A DNA stretch of 49,227 nt from Methanospirillum sp. (GCF_035560735.1 NZ_DATMYY010000291.1:1-49227), one strand, 5' to 3'; shown: positions 18,466 to 29,714, numbered from the stretch's first letter. Numbers and translations are program-made. Notes: generated from the letters alone by a model not told the origin.

Positions 18466-19344
18466 TGCCATTCCTGCAACTGAACCTATCATTGTAGTAA
18501 TAACGGGGATAGAAAACCCGAACATCCCTTTTGCAGGCAGAAACACCGCTGCTGAAACTACAAGGATAGAGGGCATGATAAGATCACCAAGCCCCATCAG
18601 ATATGCAGCCCTCTCGGGTTTTTGGTTCTGCTCTCCAGGAAGAGAATCAGAATTCTCACCAGAATTTTCGGGTTTCACCATACCGCCAACACCATCCCTG
18701 ATGAATGAGTATCCCTCCTTTTTGGGAACAACAACCATGATAGGCATCCTGTTTTCAATGACTCCTTCAGCAAGGGTCAGCATGTGTTTTGTCCGGTACA
18801 CTGATATCGCATCATAAACTGCAAGAAGAATGAGGAGCAGTATGACGGGTACAGGTTCGAGCGATATTCCAAATATTGAGGCAATCCCGGCTGAAAGAAG
18901 TACTCCGAGTACATCAACAACATACCATTCTGGATATTTTGCAAGGAGGGCGGTTGCTCCAACCGAGAGGAGCAACCCGACGACAGTAGACACAGCCATA
19001 CCAACTCCTACAAGGGAGAGAAGGCCTGTGAAGACATAGATAAACGAGAGGAAGAGCGATGCCCATATGACTAGTTGAATAGCCCATTTCAGGCGGTACT
19101 TTAGCAGAGCAAGGAGTACCACTGTAAATCCGAGCAGCATTGCAATGAACCAGAACGGATTTTCAAAAGATGATGGATCTTCAAAAACTGCATACCCTGA
19201 CTGGATCATCGGAACTGACAGGATAACTGCTCCTGCCTCCACAATGAGGAGCATCAGAGGCATTGCAGCAAGAGAGAGGAGAGGATTCAGGGACCTTCCT
19301 CCTTTGGTATATGTATTTGGAAGCTGATTGTCAGAGGGTTCCAT
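18358..19344 (-). CDS. Presenilin/SPP-family intramembrane aspartyl protease (PSH)
   Basis: LAVYDAISV and MGLGDL catalytic motifs, PQAGLPPLN motif, multiple TM helices; start uncertain. Confidence 0.92.
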   Translation of the reverse strand: MEPSDNQLPNTYTKGGRSLNPLLSLAAMPLMLLIVEAGAVILSVPMIQSGYAVFEDPSSFENPFWFIAMLLGFTVVLLALLKYRLKWAIQLVIWASLFLSFIYVFTGLLSLVGVGMAVSTVVGLLLSVGATALLAKYPEWYVVDVLGVLLSAGIASIFGISLEPVPVILLLILLAVYDAISVYRTKHMLTLAEGVIENRMPIMVVVPKKEGYSFIRDGVGGMVKPENSGENSDSLPGEQNQKPERAAYLMGLGDLIMPSILVVSAAVFLPAKGMFGFSIPVITTMIGSVAGMALLLYFVSSGRPQAGLPPLNGGAIIGFLIGWFLIGI

Positions 19345-19510
19345 GTGTCTAAGAGGGAAGACTCTGAATGGTACATAATTATATCCCACATCAAAAGGCT
19401 ACTCAACCAGTTCGCATTTACGCTGCCGGAGAGCGAAATAGTCACGGGTTCCGCGCATACTCTGTAAAGAACAAACCCCTATTACGCAGAGAGGAGACAT
19501 ACATCAGAAG

Positions 19511-19597
19511 ACCGGTCACAGTCATATCAGATCAATAGTCCAAACCTGGGATTGTTGCTCATCATAGATCTGATACATATCGATTCTGCTGACCGGT
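19511..19597. ncRNA. Candidate structured RNA (long hairpin) in the fen1 leader
   Basis: Nested inverted repeats ACCGGTCA/TGACCGGT, TATCAGATC/GATCTGATA and AATAGTCC/GGATTGTT. Confidence 0.35.
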
Positions 19598-19619
19598 TTA
19601 ACTGAGGTGGAGAGAATAC

Positions 19620-20621
19620 ATGGGTGTAGCCTTACGCGATATTATTGCCCCATATAAACATCCGGCTGAACCACAGGATCTTACCGGAGTTGCATCTGTT
19701 GATGCATTCAACGCGCTCTATCAGTTTCTGTCCATTATCAGACAGCCGGACGGAACACCGCTTATGGACAAAGAAGGGCGGGTAACATCACATCTGTCAG
19801 GGATCTTTTTCCGTACCACAAACTTTCTCCAGCAGGGTATTCAGCCAGTCTGGATCTTTGATGGTAAACCCCCCGAACTAAAGGCACGGACAATAGGGGA
19901 ACGCCGGGCAGTCAGAGAAGTCGCTCAGGAAAAATGGGAACAGGCAAAACGGGAAGGTGATACTGCCGGAGCATTCAGGTATGCAATGGCGTCATCAAAA
20001 CTTGATGAAGAAGTCTTATCTTCAGCCCGTAACCTGCTTGATCTGCTCGGGGTTCCGGTTATTAATGCTCCATCAGAAGGTGAGGCAGAAGCCTCCAATA
20101 TGGTCAGGACAGGTGCTGCCAGGTACGTTGCATCCCAGGATTACGATACTCTGCTCTTTGGGGCACCACTCCTGGTTCGGAACCTGACAGTGTCAGGAAA
20201 GAGAAGATCCCACGGAAGGATGGTTAATGTCCTGCCTGAAACAGTAGTTCTTGATGATGTGCTCACGGGCCTCGATCTTACAAGAGAAGCTCTAATTGAT
20301 GTGGCTATTCTGGTTGGGACTGATTTCAATGAGGGAGCAGTTGGAGTCGGTGCAAAAACTGCACTCAAAAAGATCAAAGCCGGAGAATTCAAAGAGATTG
20401 TCTCATCAAAACTTCCTGACCTTGATCCTGAACCAATACGAAATTTTTTCCTGAACCCCCCAGTATCCGGAAATTACCCTGTCGAATGGAAAAAGCCTGA
20501 TCACGACAGGATTATATCATTTCTCTGTGGGGATTACGGATTTTCTGAAGATAGAATAAATCCGGTACTTGAGAAGATCAGTGGCAGGGGAAAACAACGG
20601 ACTCTTGACAGTTGGTTCTAA
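19620..20621 (+). CDS. fen: Flap endonuclease 1
   Basis: [41 protein letters not shown]-terminal PIP box QRTLDSWF. Confidence 0.97.
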   Translation: MGVALRDIIAPYKHPAEPQDLTGVASVDAFNALYQFLSIIRQPDGTPLMDKEGRVTSHLSGIFFRTTNFLQQGIQPVWIFDGKPPELKARTIGERRAVREVAQEKWEQAKREGDTAGAFRYAMASSKLDEEVLSSARNLLDLLGVPVINAPSEGEAEASNMVRTGAARYVASQDYDTLLFGAPLLVRNLTVSGKRRSHGRMVNVLPETVVLDDVLTGLDLTREALIDVAILVGTDFNEGAVGVGAKTALKKIKAGEFKEIVSSKLPDLDPEPIRNFFLNPPVSGNYPVEWKKPDHDRIISFLCGDYGFSEDRINPVLEKISGRGKQRTLDSWF

Positions 20622-20698
20622 CCTCAAGGCTTGTTTCTCTAAAAGAACAGAACCAGGTACACTTTTTCTTGTCTGCACCGATATCTGATCAGGAGAAT

Positions 20699-23293
20699 AT
20701 GATCGGAACGACCTGTTTGAATACACATAGGATTTTGTTAGGGGTCTTTCTCGTAGGAATGGTACTCGGATCTTCCATCATCTGTTCTGTGACTGCCGAT
20801 ATTCAAAACCAGGGAAATGAATCGGTCATGGCACAATATGAAAACGGGACCGTAACTTCCGAATGGGCTGTTGATTTTTCAGCCACTCCTCTTGAAGGGT
20901 ACCCCCCGGTCTGTGCCAAATTCACAGTTTCCGGACCGCTCGCCGATTATACCTGGGATTTTGGTGATGGGACAACATCCAACTCCCGCAGCCCGGTTCA
21001 CTGTTATCAGAAATCAGGTTCATACTGGGTGAAACTGAAGTATTCAATAGGTCAGAAATCCGGTGAGGTAAATAAAGAAGACTACATCAAAGTCAAGGAT
21101 CCTGTAAATCTGGTAGATTATTCTGCAGACCCTGTTAACGGGACAGTTCCACTAAATATTCAGTTTACCCTTACCGGAAATCCGACAAATATCCTTTGGG
21201 ATTTTGATGACGGACAAGAGAGTTCCGATTCAAATCCTCGACACCAGTACCAGCACCCCGGGTTCTACTCACCAACCCTGACCTACTGCGTCGGAGGAAA
21301 CTGCGATAAGATATCAAAATACAATTACATCCAGGTTTCCCAGGGAGAAGAGGTCAATTTCACAGCAGAAAAACTGGAGGGAGTGGCTCCCCTCTCCACC
21401 AAGTTTTCAGTCACCGGACCTGCTGAAACATTTTCATGGGACTTTGGAGACGGGACCACATCTTACGAGAGGGATCCCAACCATTACTATGAAAAGCCAG
21501 GCAATTACACGGTGACCCTGACCTACTCGATAGATGAGGCCAGTTATACTCTGACACGACCCGATTACATTCATACAACATCAAAATATGCTCCAGATTT
21601 TAATGGGTCTCCCCGGAGAGGAATCGCTCCTCTTTGCGTTGATCTTGACATGATTAACCAGCCCCAGTCATGGACTTGGATGTTTGGAGACAACACAACA
21701 TCACCTGAATCCCACGGTTCGCATTGCTACGGGTTCAGTGGAAGTTATGATGTCGGGCTTCATTACTGCTACAACGGATACTGTAGCGACGTTATCAAAC
21801 CGGGTTTTGTCACAGTAGATTCACCAAGGATTTTTTCCGAACGTGGCGACGATGAGGCAACTGTAAAATTCAGATCAGATGCAGGTGAAGGGCTCAGATA
21901 TATCTGGGACTTTGGTGATTCTGCAACATCGGAGAGTGCAGGTCCCACTCACCGGTATGAGAAACCTGGCAAGTACAACGTGACCCTTTCTGTGCTTGGA
22001 ACCTGCGGGTGTACGGCTAAGACCTCTGCAACAATTTCGGTAAACCCCAAACAGGTACTTGACTTCACAGCGACCCCGCTTGAGGGGTGTGCTCCGCACA
22101 GTGTCCAGTTTAGTACTGCACCACCAGCATCACTTGCAGAGAAACAGAAGTGGGACTTTGGTGATGGCGAAAAGAGCACAGATAACAACCCATTCCACAG
22201 TTACCAGTTTGCAGGAACATACTCAGTTACCTTGGTGAAAGAATATCCAGACCATCAGGAGAACGTAACCAAGCCTGATTATATTCATATTTTTGAAGTG
22301 CCCCGCCCGACCTTCTCAATGAATCCGACAACAGGAGTTGCACCGGCAACCATTACGTTTACTGATACGACAACCGGATACGAGTCAAAACGATCGTGGG
22401 ACTTTGGCGATGGTGTAACCGGAACCGATGCACGGATGGAACACCAGTACACACAGGAAGGAACGTTCAACGTTTCTCTCACGATCTGGGGTCAGGGTGA
22501 CTGCCATGGTGCAACAACTAAAGAGGTACGGATATCCAGCCAGAAAGAGGTGAAATATGACCTTTCCGGACTACCAAGGCGAGGAACTGCCCCGTTGTCA
22601 ACATCCTTTAAAATTACCGGCAGTCCATACCAATGGTCAATCGATTTCGGGGATGGAAGTCAGCCTACGTCAGAGCAGAATCCTTTCCACACCTATACAA
22701 CCCCCGGTGTGTACAGTCCGAAACTCCATGTCTGTGACGCAGACGGATGTCAGAACATTATCAAATCCGGGTATGTTGTAGCGATCCCATCCTCCTATCA
22801 GAATATAACCCTCTCAAGAGGATGGAACCTTGTATCAACCCCGGTAACCCTTGAATCTGGACAGGATACAATGAGTTTGTTTTCCGGAGTAGATACAGCA
22901 AGCCATTCACTTTATTCCTGGGATAGTACTGTAGGACAGTGGAAGCGACTGACTAAGGATTCAGCTCTCGATCCCCTGACTGCGGTATGGATCTACGCAG
23001 CAAAACCAGTAGGCGTCAGTCTGCAGGTTGCGACATCAGGGCCCGAAGGAAACCTGACCAAATCCCTTTCAGCAGGCTGGAATCTGATGAGTTTTCCAGG
23101 GACAAACACAACTGCTCCTGAAGACGTATTCGATGATCTTCCCTGGTCATATCTTCTGGGCTTTAATGCACAATCCCAGCAGTATTATCCACCTGTTCAG
23201 AAAGGAAATGAAGGAGAGCAGTCAATAGACCCAAAGCAGGGATACTGGCTCTATATGGAGAGGCCTGGAACACTTGTGGCACCGGCCACATAA
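20699..23293 (+). CDS. Secreted/surface protein with about 8 PKD domains and a C-terminal GWNL-repeat domain
   Basis: SD AGGAG before ATG 20699, hydrophobic signal peptide, eight W(D)FGD-like repeats, two GWNL(V/M)S motifs. Confidence 0.88.
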   Translation: MIGTTCLNTHRILLGVFLVGMVLGSSIICSVTADIQNQGNESVMAQYENGTVTSEWAVDFSATPLEGYPPVCAKFTVSGPLADYTWDFGDGTTSNSRSPVHCYQKSGSYWVKLKYSIGQKSGEVNKEDYIKVKDPVNLVDYSADPVNGTVPLNIQFTLTGNPTNILWDFDDGQESSDSNPRHQYQHPGFYSPTLTYCVGGNCDKISKYNYIQVSQGEEVNFTAEKLEGVAPLSTKFSVTGPAETFSWDFGDGTTSYERDPNHYYEKPGNYTVTLTYSIDEASYTLTRPDYIHTTSKYAPDFNGSPRRGIAPLCVDLDMINQPQSWTWMFGDNTTSPESHGSHCYGFSGSYDVGLHYCYNGYCSDVIKPGFVTVDSPRIFSERGDDEATVKFRSDAGEGLRYIWDFGDSATSESAGPTHRYEKPGKYNVTLSVLGTCGCTAKTSATISVNPKQVLDFTATPLEGCAPHSVQFSTAPPASLAEKQKWDFGDGEKSTDNNPFHSYQFAGTYSVTLVKEYPDHQENVTKPDYIHIFEVPRPTFSMNPTTGVAPATITFTDTTTGYESKRSWDFGDGVTGTDARMEHQYTQEGTFNVSLTIWGQGDCHGATTKEVRISSQKEVKYDLSGLPRRGTAPLSTSFKITGSPYQWSIDFGDGSQPTSEQNPFHTYTTPGVYSPKLHVCDADGCQNIIKSGYVVAIPSSYQNITLSRGWNLVSTPVTLESGQDTMSLFSGVDTASHSLYSWDSTVGQWKRLTKDSALDPLTAVWIYAAKPVGVSLQVATSGPEGNLTKSLSAGWNLMSFPGTNTTAPEDVFDDLPWSYLLGFNAQSQQYYPPVQKGNEGEQSIDPKQGYWLYMERPGTLVAPAT

Positions 23294-23315
23294 CCAAAAA
23301 TTTTGTTTCCCTGGA

Positions 23316-23912
23316 TCAGGGAAGTTGTTTCCAAACATGGGCAAACCGCTGTGCAGCGGTTATATGCCCAAATATTCCAAAGATGAGAAGCAACCATGCA
23401 AAAAGGCTGAACCCCAGAATTTCTATAGGGATAAACAGACTGACGATACAGACACCCATCAAAAGCACGAGCCGGTCAGCCCGGCCAAGAAGACCTCCAT
23501 AAAAACGGCCCACACCGACAGCCTGCGCCTGTGTTCCCATATATGATGACATCAGAACGCCGGTGAGACCGAAAATCCCAATCCACCATGCACAGAGTGG
23601 ACCTGAAAATATTCCGCAAAGGATGAAGATATCAGCATACCGGTCAACGGTGTGATCCAGAAAGTCCCCCCTGAGTCCCTGTTGTCCGAGTGCCCGTGCC
23701 ATTGCCCCGTCAAGCCCATCAAAGAACGCATTAAGAATCACCCCAAAGGTGCCAAAGAGAATGTCACCTCTGAAAAATGCATATCCTCCACCTGCAGCAG
23801 CAATCAATGAGAGTATGGTGCAGAAGTTGGGTGTGAGACCTATCCGTACCGTTGCGGATACAACCGGATCCATAATAGGCTTAACCTGTGCTCGGTACGA
23901 ATCAAGTGTCAT
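23316..23912 (-). CDS. CDP-alcohol phosphatidyltransferase (archaetidylinositol-phosphate synthase-like)
   Basis: DGLDGAMAR...GDFLDHTVDRYAD signature. Confidence 0.9.
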   Translation of the reverse strand: MTLDSYRAQVKPIMDPVVSATVRIGLTPNFCTILSLIAAAGGGYAFFRGDILFGTFGVILNAFFDGLDGAMARALGQQGLRGDFLDHTVDRYADIFILCGIFSGPLCAWWIGIFGLTGVLMSSYMGTQAQAVGVGRFYGGLLGRADRLVLLMGVCIVSLFIPIEILGFSLFAWLLLIFGIFGHITAAQRFAHVWKQLP

Positions 23913-24421
23913 AATAGGTCCGCACAGGTGGAAAGCCAGTCTACAACCCCATGTCTGGGAGGTAAATCTCCGGTCATGATCCTTTCTATCATATCTGCAA
24001 CCTCGGCAACTGTCATATCGGTTACATCTATCTCATATATCATCTCAGGGGTATGTTCTTCCATTGCCTCAATGAGCACAACATCAAGTATTTCCGCTTC
24101 CACATTCTCGGCAACCTTTTCATCATGATATCCCCTGGCAACAAGCCGCTCTTTCAGAACATCAGGACGACACCTGATAACAATTACCCGGGATACAGGA
24201 AGGAGATGTGTAAGATGCCCTTCAACAATTCCTTCCCGCAGAGGGAACTCATCACGCCACCGATCTGTATCTATGACATGTGCCTGTCTTTCCTCATCTT
24301 CTTCGATGATGTATGGACCAATGGTATCGTTCGCCCTGATAACCTGATGACCACGGTTTGCCAGTTCATCTGATACGGTAGATTTCCCAGTCCCGGGAGT
24401 CCCGGTCAGGGCAATCAGCAT
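23909..24421 (-). CDS. Adenylate kinase 6/Fap7-like P-loop kinase
   Basis: LTGTPGTGKST, VEGHLTH, RLVARGY, ENVEAE. Confidence 0.88.
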   Translation of the reverse strand: MLIALTGTPGTGKSTVSDELANRGHQVIRANDTIGPYIIEEDEERQAHVIDTDRWRDEFPLREGIVEGHLTHLLPVSRVIVIRCRPDVLKERLVARGYHDEKVAENVEAEILDVVLIEAMEEHTPEMIYEIDVTDMTVAEVADMIERIMTGDLPPRHGVVDWLSTCADLL

Positions 24422-25488
24422 ATCTGATTGATTCCTGAGAGAAACTGCTCACATTCCCAATCCTCACCGACACAGACCCTGATGTAGTGATCTGCAAGAC
24501 CGGGGAAGGAACGGCATGATCTGACGATGATACCTTTCTCTGCAAGTCGTGCCGCGCACTCATCTCCACTCATTGGTGCAGTGTCAATCATCACAAAGTT
24601 GGCTCCTCCCGGCAGAACCGGCAATTTGCATATATCGTGGAATTTCTGGATCCAGGATCTCACATGCCTGATTGTACGCTCAACGTACTCCTTATCATCG
24701 AGGGCACCGGTTGCTGCAGAAAGTGAGAGAGTATTGACCGTGAACGGGGTTGCTGCCTTTTCATACACCGGTTTCAGCCATGATGGAACAAAAGCATACC
24801 CGATCCGACAACCGGCAAGGCCAAAGACCTTAGACATGGTCCGTCCGATAACAAGGTTATCGTGCTTTTGCATCAGGGAGCGGTAATCGATCTCTGAAAA
24901 TTCAACATATGCATTATCCAGAAAGAGAATGCCATCCAGAGCATCTGCTATCCTTTCAACATCTTCCGGAGAAGTCATGGTTCCAGTCGGGTTGTTCGGA
25001 CTGCATAGGAATGCTATCTTTGCATTTTTCGCTGCAGATATGAAAGCACCCACATCTACTGTGAAGTCATTTCTCCGTGGGATTTTGATAATCTCTGCGC
25101 CCTGGGCCTTTGCCGCAAGCCCATAAAACGAAAAGGTTGGGACTGATACTGCTACCACCTCACCGGGATTAACCAGTACACGGATACAGGTCTCAATAAC
25201 CCCGTCCATCCCAACGCCGGTTACGAACTCATAGTCACCATGATAATCCCGGAGTGCCTGAATCAGTCTTCCGGCTCCTCCGGTATCAGGATACCGGTGA
25301 ACAGTTGCAAGTGCTTTCTGCACTGCAGCAACCGCAAGGGGAGAGGGACCAAAGGGATTTTCATTGCTTGCCAGCCGGGCCACTCTTGAAAACCCGTAGG
25401 TCTCTGCTATCTCTTCAGGAGAGCGGGCATACACATACCCCTCCTGCTGGTAGATATCACGAACTAGCGAATTTACTGACTGCTGCAT
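24415..25488 (-). CDS. hisC: Histidinol-phosphate aminotransferase
   Basis: LASNENPFG, CSPNNPTG, DNAYVEF, RTMSKVFGLAGCRIGY. Confidence 0.92.
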   Translation of the reverse strand: MQQSVNSLVRDIYQQEGYVYARSPEEIAETYGFSRVARLASNENPFGPSPLAVAAVQKALATVHRYPDTGGAGRLIQALRDYHGDYEFVTGVGMDGVIETCIRVLVNPGEVVAVSVPTFSFYGLAAKAQGAEIIKIPRRNDFTVDVGAFISAAKNAKIAFLCSPNNPTGTMTSPEDVERIADALDGILFLDNAYVEFSEIDYRSLMQKHDNLVIGRTMSKVFGLAGCRIGYAFVPSWLKPVYEKAATPFTVNTLSLSAATGALDDKEYVERTIRHVRSWIQKFHDICKLPVLPGGANFVMIDTAPMSGDECAARLAEKGIIVRSCRSFPGLADHYIRVCVGEDWECEQFLSGINQIC

Positions 25489-26611
25489 TGATGATACCTG
25501 TCGCCTTGTCTATTTCGGCATTAGTGATGGTCAGTGGGGGGACAAGCCTCAGGTTCCCATGTGCTGCACAGTTGACAAGCAGGCCATGTACTGCACATTC
25601 TTTCTGAACGTCAGCACAATGATCGCCAATTGTTATCCCGATCATCAGTCCCCTGACCCGGGGATTGAGATGAGCCATTGCTGCCCTGAACCGCTCACCC
25701 TTTGCTGCAACTTCAGGAAGTGCCTCACCAATCACATCAATCGATGCAAGAGCTGCGGCACAGGCAATGGGCCCCCCTGCAAAGGTACTTCCATGCTCTG
25801 ACTTCCCAAATTCCAGCCCTTCCCGTGCTACAATAGCTCCCATGGGAAATCCACTCGCTATCGCCTTTGCCATGGTAATAATATCAGGAAGAATTCCTTC
25901 CTCCTGGAATGCGAACCAGTGCCCTGTCCGGCCCATACCACTCTGAACCTCGTCTATGATGAGGAGAACACCTTTGGCATCACAGATCTCCCTGACCTCC
26001 TTCAGGTATCCTGCCGGGGGAATAATGACACCTCCTTCACCCTGAATCGGTTCAAGAATTACAGCAGCGGTCTCCGTTGTAATTGCAGCCTTCAGTGCTT
26101 GTGCATCGCCATAGGGTACAAACGATGTAAACGGCTGAAGAGGCATGAATGGCTCTCTGATAGCAGGTTTGTGGGTACAGGAAAGGGATCCCATCGTCCG
26201 CCCATGAAATCCTCCCTCACATGCAATGAACTCTTTCTTCCCGGTTCTGATCCGAGCCAGTTTCAGGGCTCCTTCCATTGCTTCAGCACCTGAGTTGGAG
26301 AAGAATGCCTTTGCTTTTCCAGGAAGTCCTGATATCTCGACTAGTTTTTTGGCGAGAGCACCCTGGTGCGGAACATAGAACAGGTTCGAACAATGGATCA
26401 GTTCTGTTGCCTGTTCGGTTATGGCTTTGACTACCTTTGGATGGCAGTGGCCTGTACTACATACTGCGATTCCTGCTATAAGGTCAAGGTACTGCTTCCC
26501 GTCAGCATCGGTAACGGTGCATCCAGACCCTTTGGTGATCATGATCTCCCTGCTGAATGCAGGCATGATATATTGTGATTCGAGTTCCCGATAATTTGAT
26601 TCGAAATTCAT
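25457..26611 (-). CDS. argD: Acetylornithine aminotransferase
   Basis: NSGAEAMEG, FHGRT, EPIQGEGG, DEVQSG, TMAKA, HGSTFAG. Confidence 0.9.
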   Translation of the reverse strand: MNFESNYRELESQYIMPAFSREIMITKGSGCTVTDADGKQYLDLIAGIAVCSTGHCHPKVVKAITEQATELIHCSNLFYVPHQGALAKKLVEISGLPGKAKAFFSNSGAEAMEGALKLARIRTGKKEFIACEGGFHGRTMGSLSCTHKPAIREPFMPLQPFTSFVPYGDAQALKAAITTETAAVILEPIQGEGGVIIPPAGYLKEVREICDAKGVLLIIDEVQSGMGRTGHWFAFQEEGILPDIITMAKAIASGFPMGAIVAREGLEFGKSEHGSTFAGGPIACAAALASIDVIGEALPEVAAKGERFRAAMAHLNPRVRGLMIGITIGDHCADVQKECAVHGLLVNCAAHGNLRLVPPLTITNAEIDKATGIINAAVSKFASS

Positions 26612-26620
26612 TATTTCATC

Positions 26621-27538
26621 TCATTCATATTCGATTGTTGCCGGCGGCTTGGGGGTGATGTCATACACCACCCGTGAAACTGCCGGGATAGTTGAGGTAA
26701 TCCGACCCTGGATCTCTGCCAGGTCTTCCCAGGTGATCTCTATTGGATCAGCGGTCATTCCGTCGCGTGAGTTCACTGCTCTCACTGCAACGATCCACCC
26801 ATGCAATCTGTTGTCCCCTTTTACACCGGTACCAAGACCGACGAGAGCTGCAAGACATTGCCATGGACGGTACTTCTCAACCAGGACATCCTCAACGATT
26901 GCATTTGCTTCCCTAACCACCTCAATCGCTTCACGGGTGATCGCTCCGACCACCCTGACCGAGAGACCAGGACCTGGGAATGGCATCCGGTGTGCTATCT
27001 CACCGGGCAATCCGAGGGCTTCTGCGACATCCCTTACTTCATCCTTGTACAGTTCACGCAGTGGCTCGATCACCTTGCTGAATTCTATCGAGAGGGGCAT
27101 ACCACCAACATTATGATGACTCTTGATGCCTCCTTCACTCTCGATACAATCCGGGTAGATCGTTCCCTGGAGAAGGTACTTGGCGCCTGTTGCACGGGCT
27201 TCGCGTTCAAAGATCCTGATAAACTTCTCACCAATGATTTTGCGCTTTTTCTCTGGATCTGACTCACCGGCAAGGGCTGATATAAACTCTTCACCAGCGT
27301 CAATAATCCGGACACCCAGGTGACCAAATATTTCCTTTATCCGTGCGGTCTCTCCCTTGCGCATCAACCCGGTATCAACATAAATCGGGATGAGTTTGTC
27401 ACCGATTGCACGCGATGCCAGTTCAGCACAGACTGAACTGTCAACACCACCAGACAGGGCAATGACTGCATGTTCACCTCCCGCATCTTCCTGAATCTTC
27501 CTGATTGATTCTGCAATGAACTTCTCGACCTTGACCAT
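26621..27538 (-). CDS. guaAB: GMP synthase, ATP-pyrophosphatase subunit B
   Basis: [41 protein letters not shown]; no GATase domain. Confidence 0.95.
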   Translation of the reverse strand: MVKVEKFIAESIRKIQEDAGGEHAVIALSGGVDSSVCAELASRAIGDKLIPIYVDTGLMRKGETARIKEIFGHLGVRIIDAGEEFISALAGESDPEKKRKIIGEKFIRIFEREARATGAKYLLQGTIYPDCIESEGGIKSHHNVGGMPLSIEFSKVIEPLRELYKDEVRDVAEALGLPGEIAHRMPFPGPGLSVRVVGAITREAIEVVREANAIVEDVLVEKYRPWQCLAALVGLGTGVKGDNRLHGWIVAVRAVNSRDGMTADPIEITWEDLAEIQGRITSTIPAVSRVVYDITPKPPATIEYE

Positions 27539-29121
27539 TATTCTGCTCCTTTCTTCATCTTCAGTGCTGCTTCCACAAACCCGAGGAACGGTGGTGACGG
27601 TCTTGTCGGGCGTGATCTGAACTCAGGATGGAACTGGGTAGCAAAGAAGAACGGATGATCAGGGATCTCAACGATCTCCATTCTGTTTCCCCACGTCCCT
27701 GAGAAGACAAGACCTTCCGCCTCCATATCAGTGATATATGACGGATCCACCTCGTAACGATGACGATGACGTTCGGTGATTTCACCTGCGCCATACAGTT
27801 TCATCGCAAGGGTTCCTGGCTTGACTGTGATATTATAATCACCAAGACGCATGGTCCCTCCAAGCTCTTCGACACCGTCCTGTTCAGGCAGGATGGTGAT
27901 CACTTCAGTGCCAGTGCTGCACTCACTGCTACACGCATCGCTCCACCCCAGTACATGACGGGCATACTCAACAACCGAGAGTTGGAACCCGAGACAGAGT
28001 CCGAGCAGTGGAACCTTCTCTTCACGTGCATACTGTATTGCACAGATCTTCCCTTCGATCCCCCTGACACCGAATCCTCCGGGGATGAGAATACCATCGC
28101 ATTCTTTGAGTTCAGATCTCTCAACCCGTTCTGCATCAAGCCACTGGATTGTGACCTCGGTTGATAGTGACCGTCCTGCATGCTTGAGGGCCTCCTTTAT
28201 CGAGAGATACACATCTTCTTTTCCGTACTTGCTCACGATCCCGATAGTTACCCGCTGGGTGTACTCCCTGGTCACGATGCGGTACCAGTCAGGATCAAGG
28301 GATTCGTTTGCTAATTTCAGATGTTGACAGAGCACCTTTGAGAGTCCTTCTTTCTCTAGCTCCATCGGAACCTGATAGATATCTGGTGCAGTGGTGGCAC
28401 TGATAACTGCATACTGGGGGATATCACAGAGAGAGGAGATCTTTTTCTTTGTATTGATCGAGATTGGGCGTTCACTTCTTCCAACGATGATATCAGTAAA
28501 CAACCCGAGTTCACGTAGTGCCTTAACTGAGTGCTGGGTCGGTTTGGTTTTGAGATCCCCCATCGAATCAGAAGGCATCAGGGTGACATGAACAAGTGCG
28601 CGGTCTTCGGGCGGCAGTTCGCTGCGCATCTGCCTGACAGATTCAAGGAATGGCATGCTCTCGATATCTCCGACAGTCCCTCCAACCTCTACGATGCAGA
28701 TGTCTGCCTCTTTCCCATCAAATACCTTCTCTGATGCTGCAATCCTGATGCATTCCTTGATCTGATCAGTGATATGCGGGATGATCTGCACAGTCTGGCC
28801 AAGATAATCGCCTCTGCGTTCCTTATCGATGACGAGGCGGTACACCTTCCCGGTGGTAATATTGTGGGATGAGTTGAGCTCAATGTCCAGGAACCGTTCG
28901 TAGTTGCCGAGGTCCAGATCCACCTCGCCCCCGTCATGGAGAACATACACCTCTCCATGCTGGGCTGGATTCATTGTCCCCGCATCGATATTCAGGTAGG
29001 GATCGATCTTGACCGCAGTGACATTATATCCCCGGTTTTTCAAAAGCCGTCCTATTGATGCAGCGGTGATCCCTTTCCCAAGACCACTCATCACACCACC
29101 GGTAATAAAGATATACTTCAT
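27538..29121 (-). CDS. pyrG: CTP synthase
   Basis: [17 protein letters not shown] start at 29121 with [32 protein letters not shown]. Confidence 0.97.
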   Translation of the reverse strand: MKYIFITGGVMSGLGKGITAASIGRLLKNRGYNVTAVKIDPYLNIDAGTMNPAQHGEVYVLHDGGEVDLDLGNYERFLDIELNSSHNITTGKVYRLVIDKERRGDYLGQTVQIIPHITDQIKECIRIAASEKVFDGKEADICIVEVGGTVGDIESMPFLESVRQMRSELPPEDRALVHVTLMPSDSMGDLKTKPTQHSVKALRELGLFTDIIVGRSERPISINTKKKISSLCDIPQYAVISATTAPDIYQVPMELEKEGLSKVLCQHLKLANESLDPDWYRIVTREYTQRVTIGIVSKYGKEDVYLSIKEALKHAGRSLSTEVTIQWLDAERVERSELKECDGILIPGGFGVRGIEGKICAIQYAREEKVPLLGLCLGFQLSVVEYARHVLGWSDACSSECSTGTEVITILPEQDGVEELGGTMRLGDYNITVKPGTLAMKLYGAGEITERHRHRYEVDPSYITDMEAEGLVFSGTWGNRMEIVEIPDHPFFFATQFHPEFRSRPTRPSPPFLGFVEAALKMKKGAE

Positions 29122-29306
29122 GCCTCCCCTCAATAAACTCAGCAAAAGAGTTGGCTCCGATCCCTCTAATACCAAACGGCCCCAGACCAGAAGGCAGGAT
29201 CGTCTGAAAACTCACCTGGAGAATTCCCTGACCTGAAGGATTTGAGCCTTCAGAGAAACTTTTCATCGTTATCTTCTTCCCTCCGGTTAAAGAAGCCCTA
29301 AGTAAT

Positions 29307-29714
29307 ATGTCATATCTTGATGATGTCATAAATTCAGGGCAAAAAGCAAACCCATTTTTCTGTCTTATGGGGATAGAACCGAAAAAATGGGGAGAGGGCA
29401 AAGCATCTCTCATGATGACCGTCAGGCCCGATATGACCAACGGAGAGGGATGGCTCCAGGGAGGCATGTATACCTCCCTTGTTGATGAGGCCATGGCATT
29501 GGCAATTTATACTCTTCTTGAAGACGGGCAGATGATTGCAACCATCTCCTGTACCACCACATTTCTCCGGGGTGTCAGGGCTGGAGAGTGTATTATAGCA
29601 GAAGCCTGGGTAGTCAGGAAAGGCAGACAGATCATCTTTACCGAAGGGAGAGTCTGCAGTGCAGACGCAAAGTATGAACTTGCCAGGTGTTCTGCGTCAT
29701 TTACGGTACGATAG
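29307..29714 (+). CDS. PaaI-family hotdog-fold thioesterase
   Basis: NGEGWLQGG..SLVDEAM, TTTFLR, RKGRQI. Confidence 0.85.
   Translation: MSYLDDVINSGQKANPFFCLMGIEPKKWGEGKASLMMTVRPDMTNGEGWLQGGMYTSLVDEAMALAIYTLLEDGQMIATISCTTTFLRGVRAGECIIAEAWVVRKGRQIIFTEGRVCSADAKYELARCSASFTVR

Noticed and set aside
20870-22790. Recurrent TGGGA(C/T)TTTGG(T/A/C)GA DNA motifs as a repeat array
   Set aside because: They are explained by the WDFGD motif of the PKD domains.
29122-29175. N-terminal extension of PyrG in the ORF track (similar extensions on ArgB, ArgC, the TPR protein, BrxD and the PKD protein)
   Set aside because: Downstream ATGs match the family N-termini and/or have SD motifs or stop-start overlaps.
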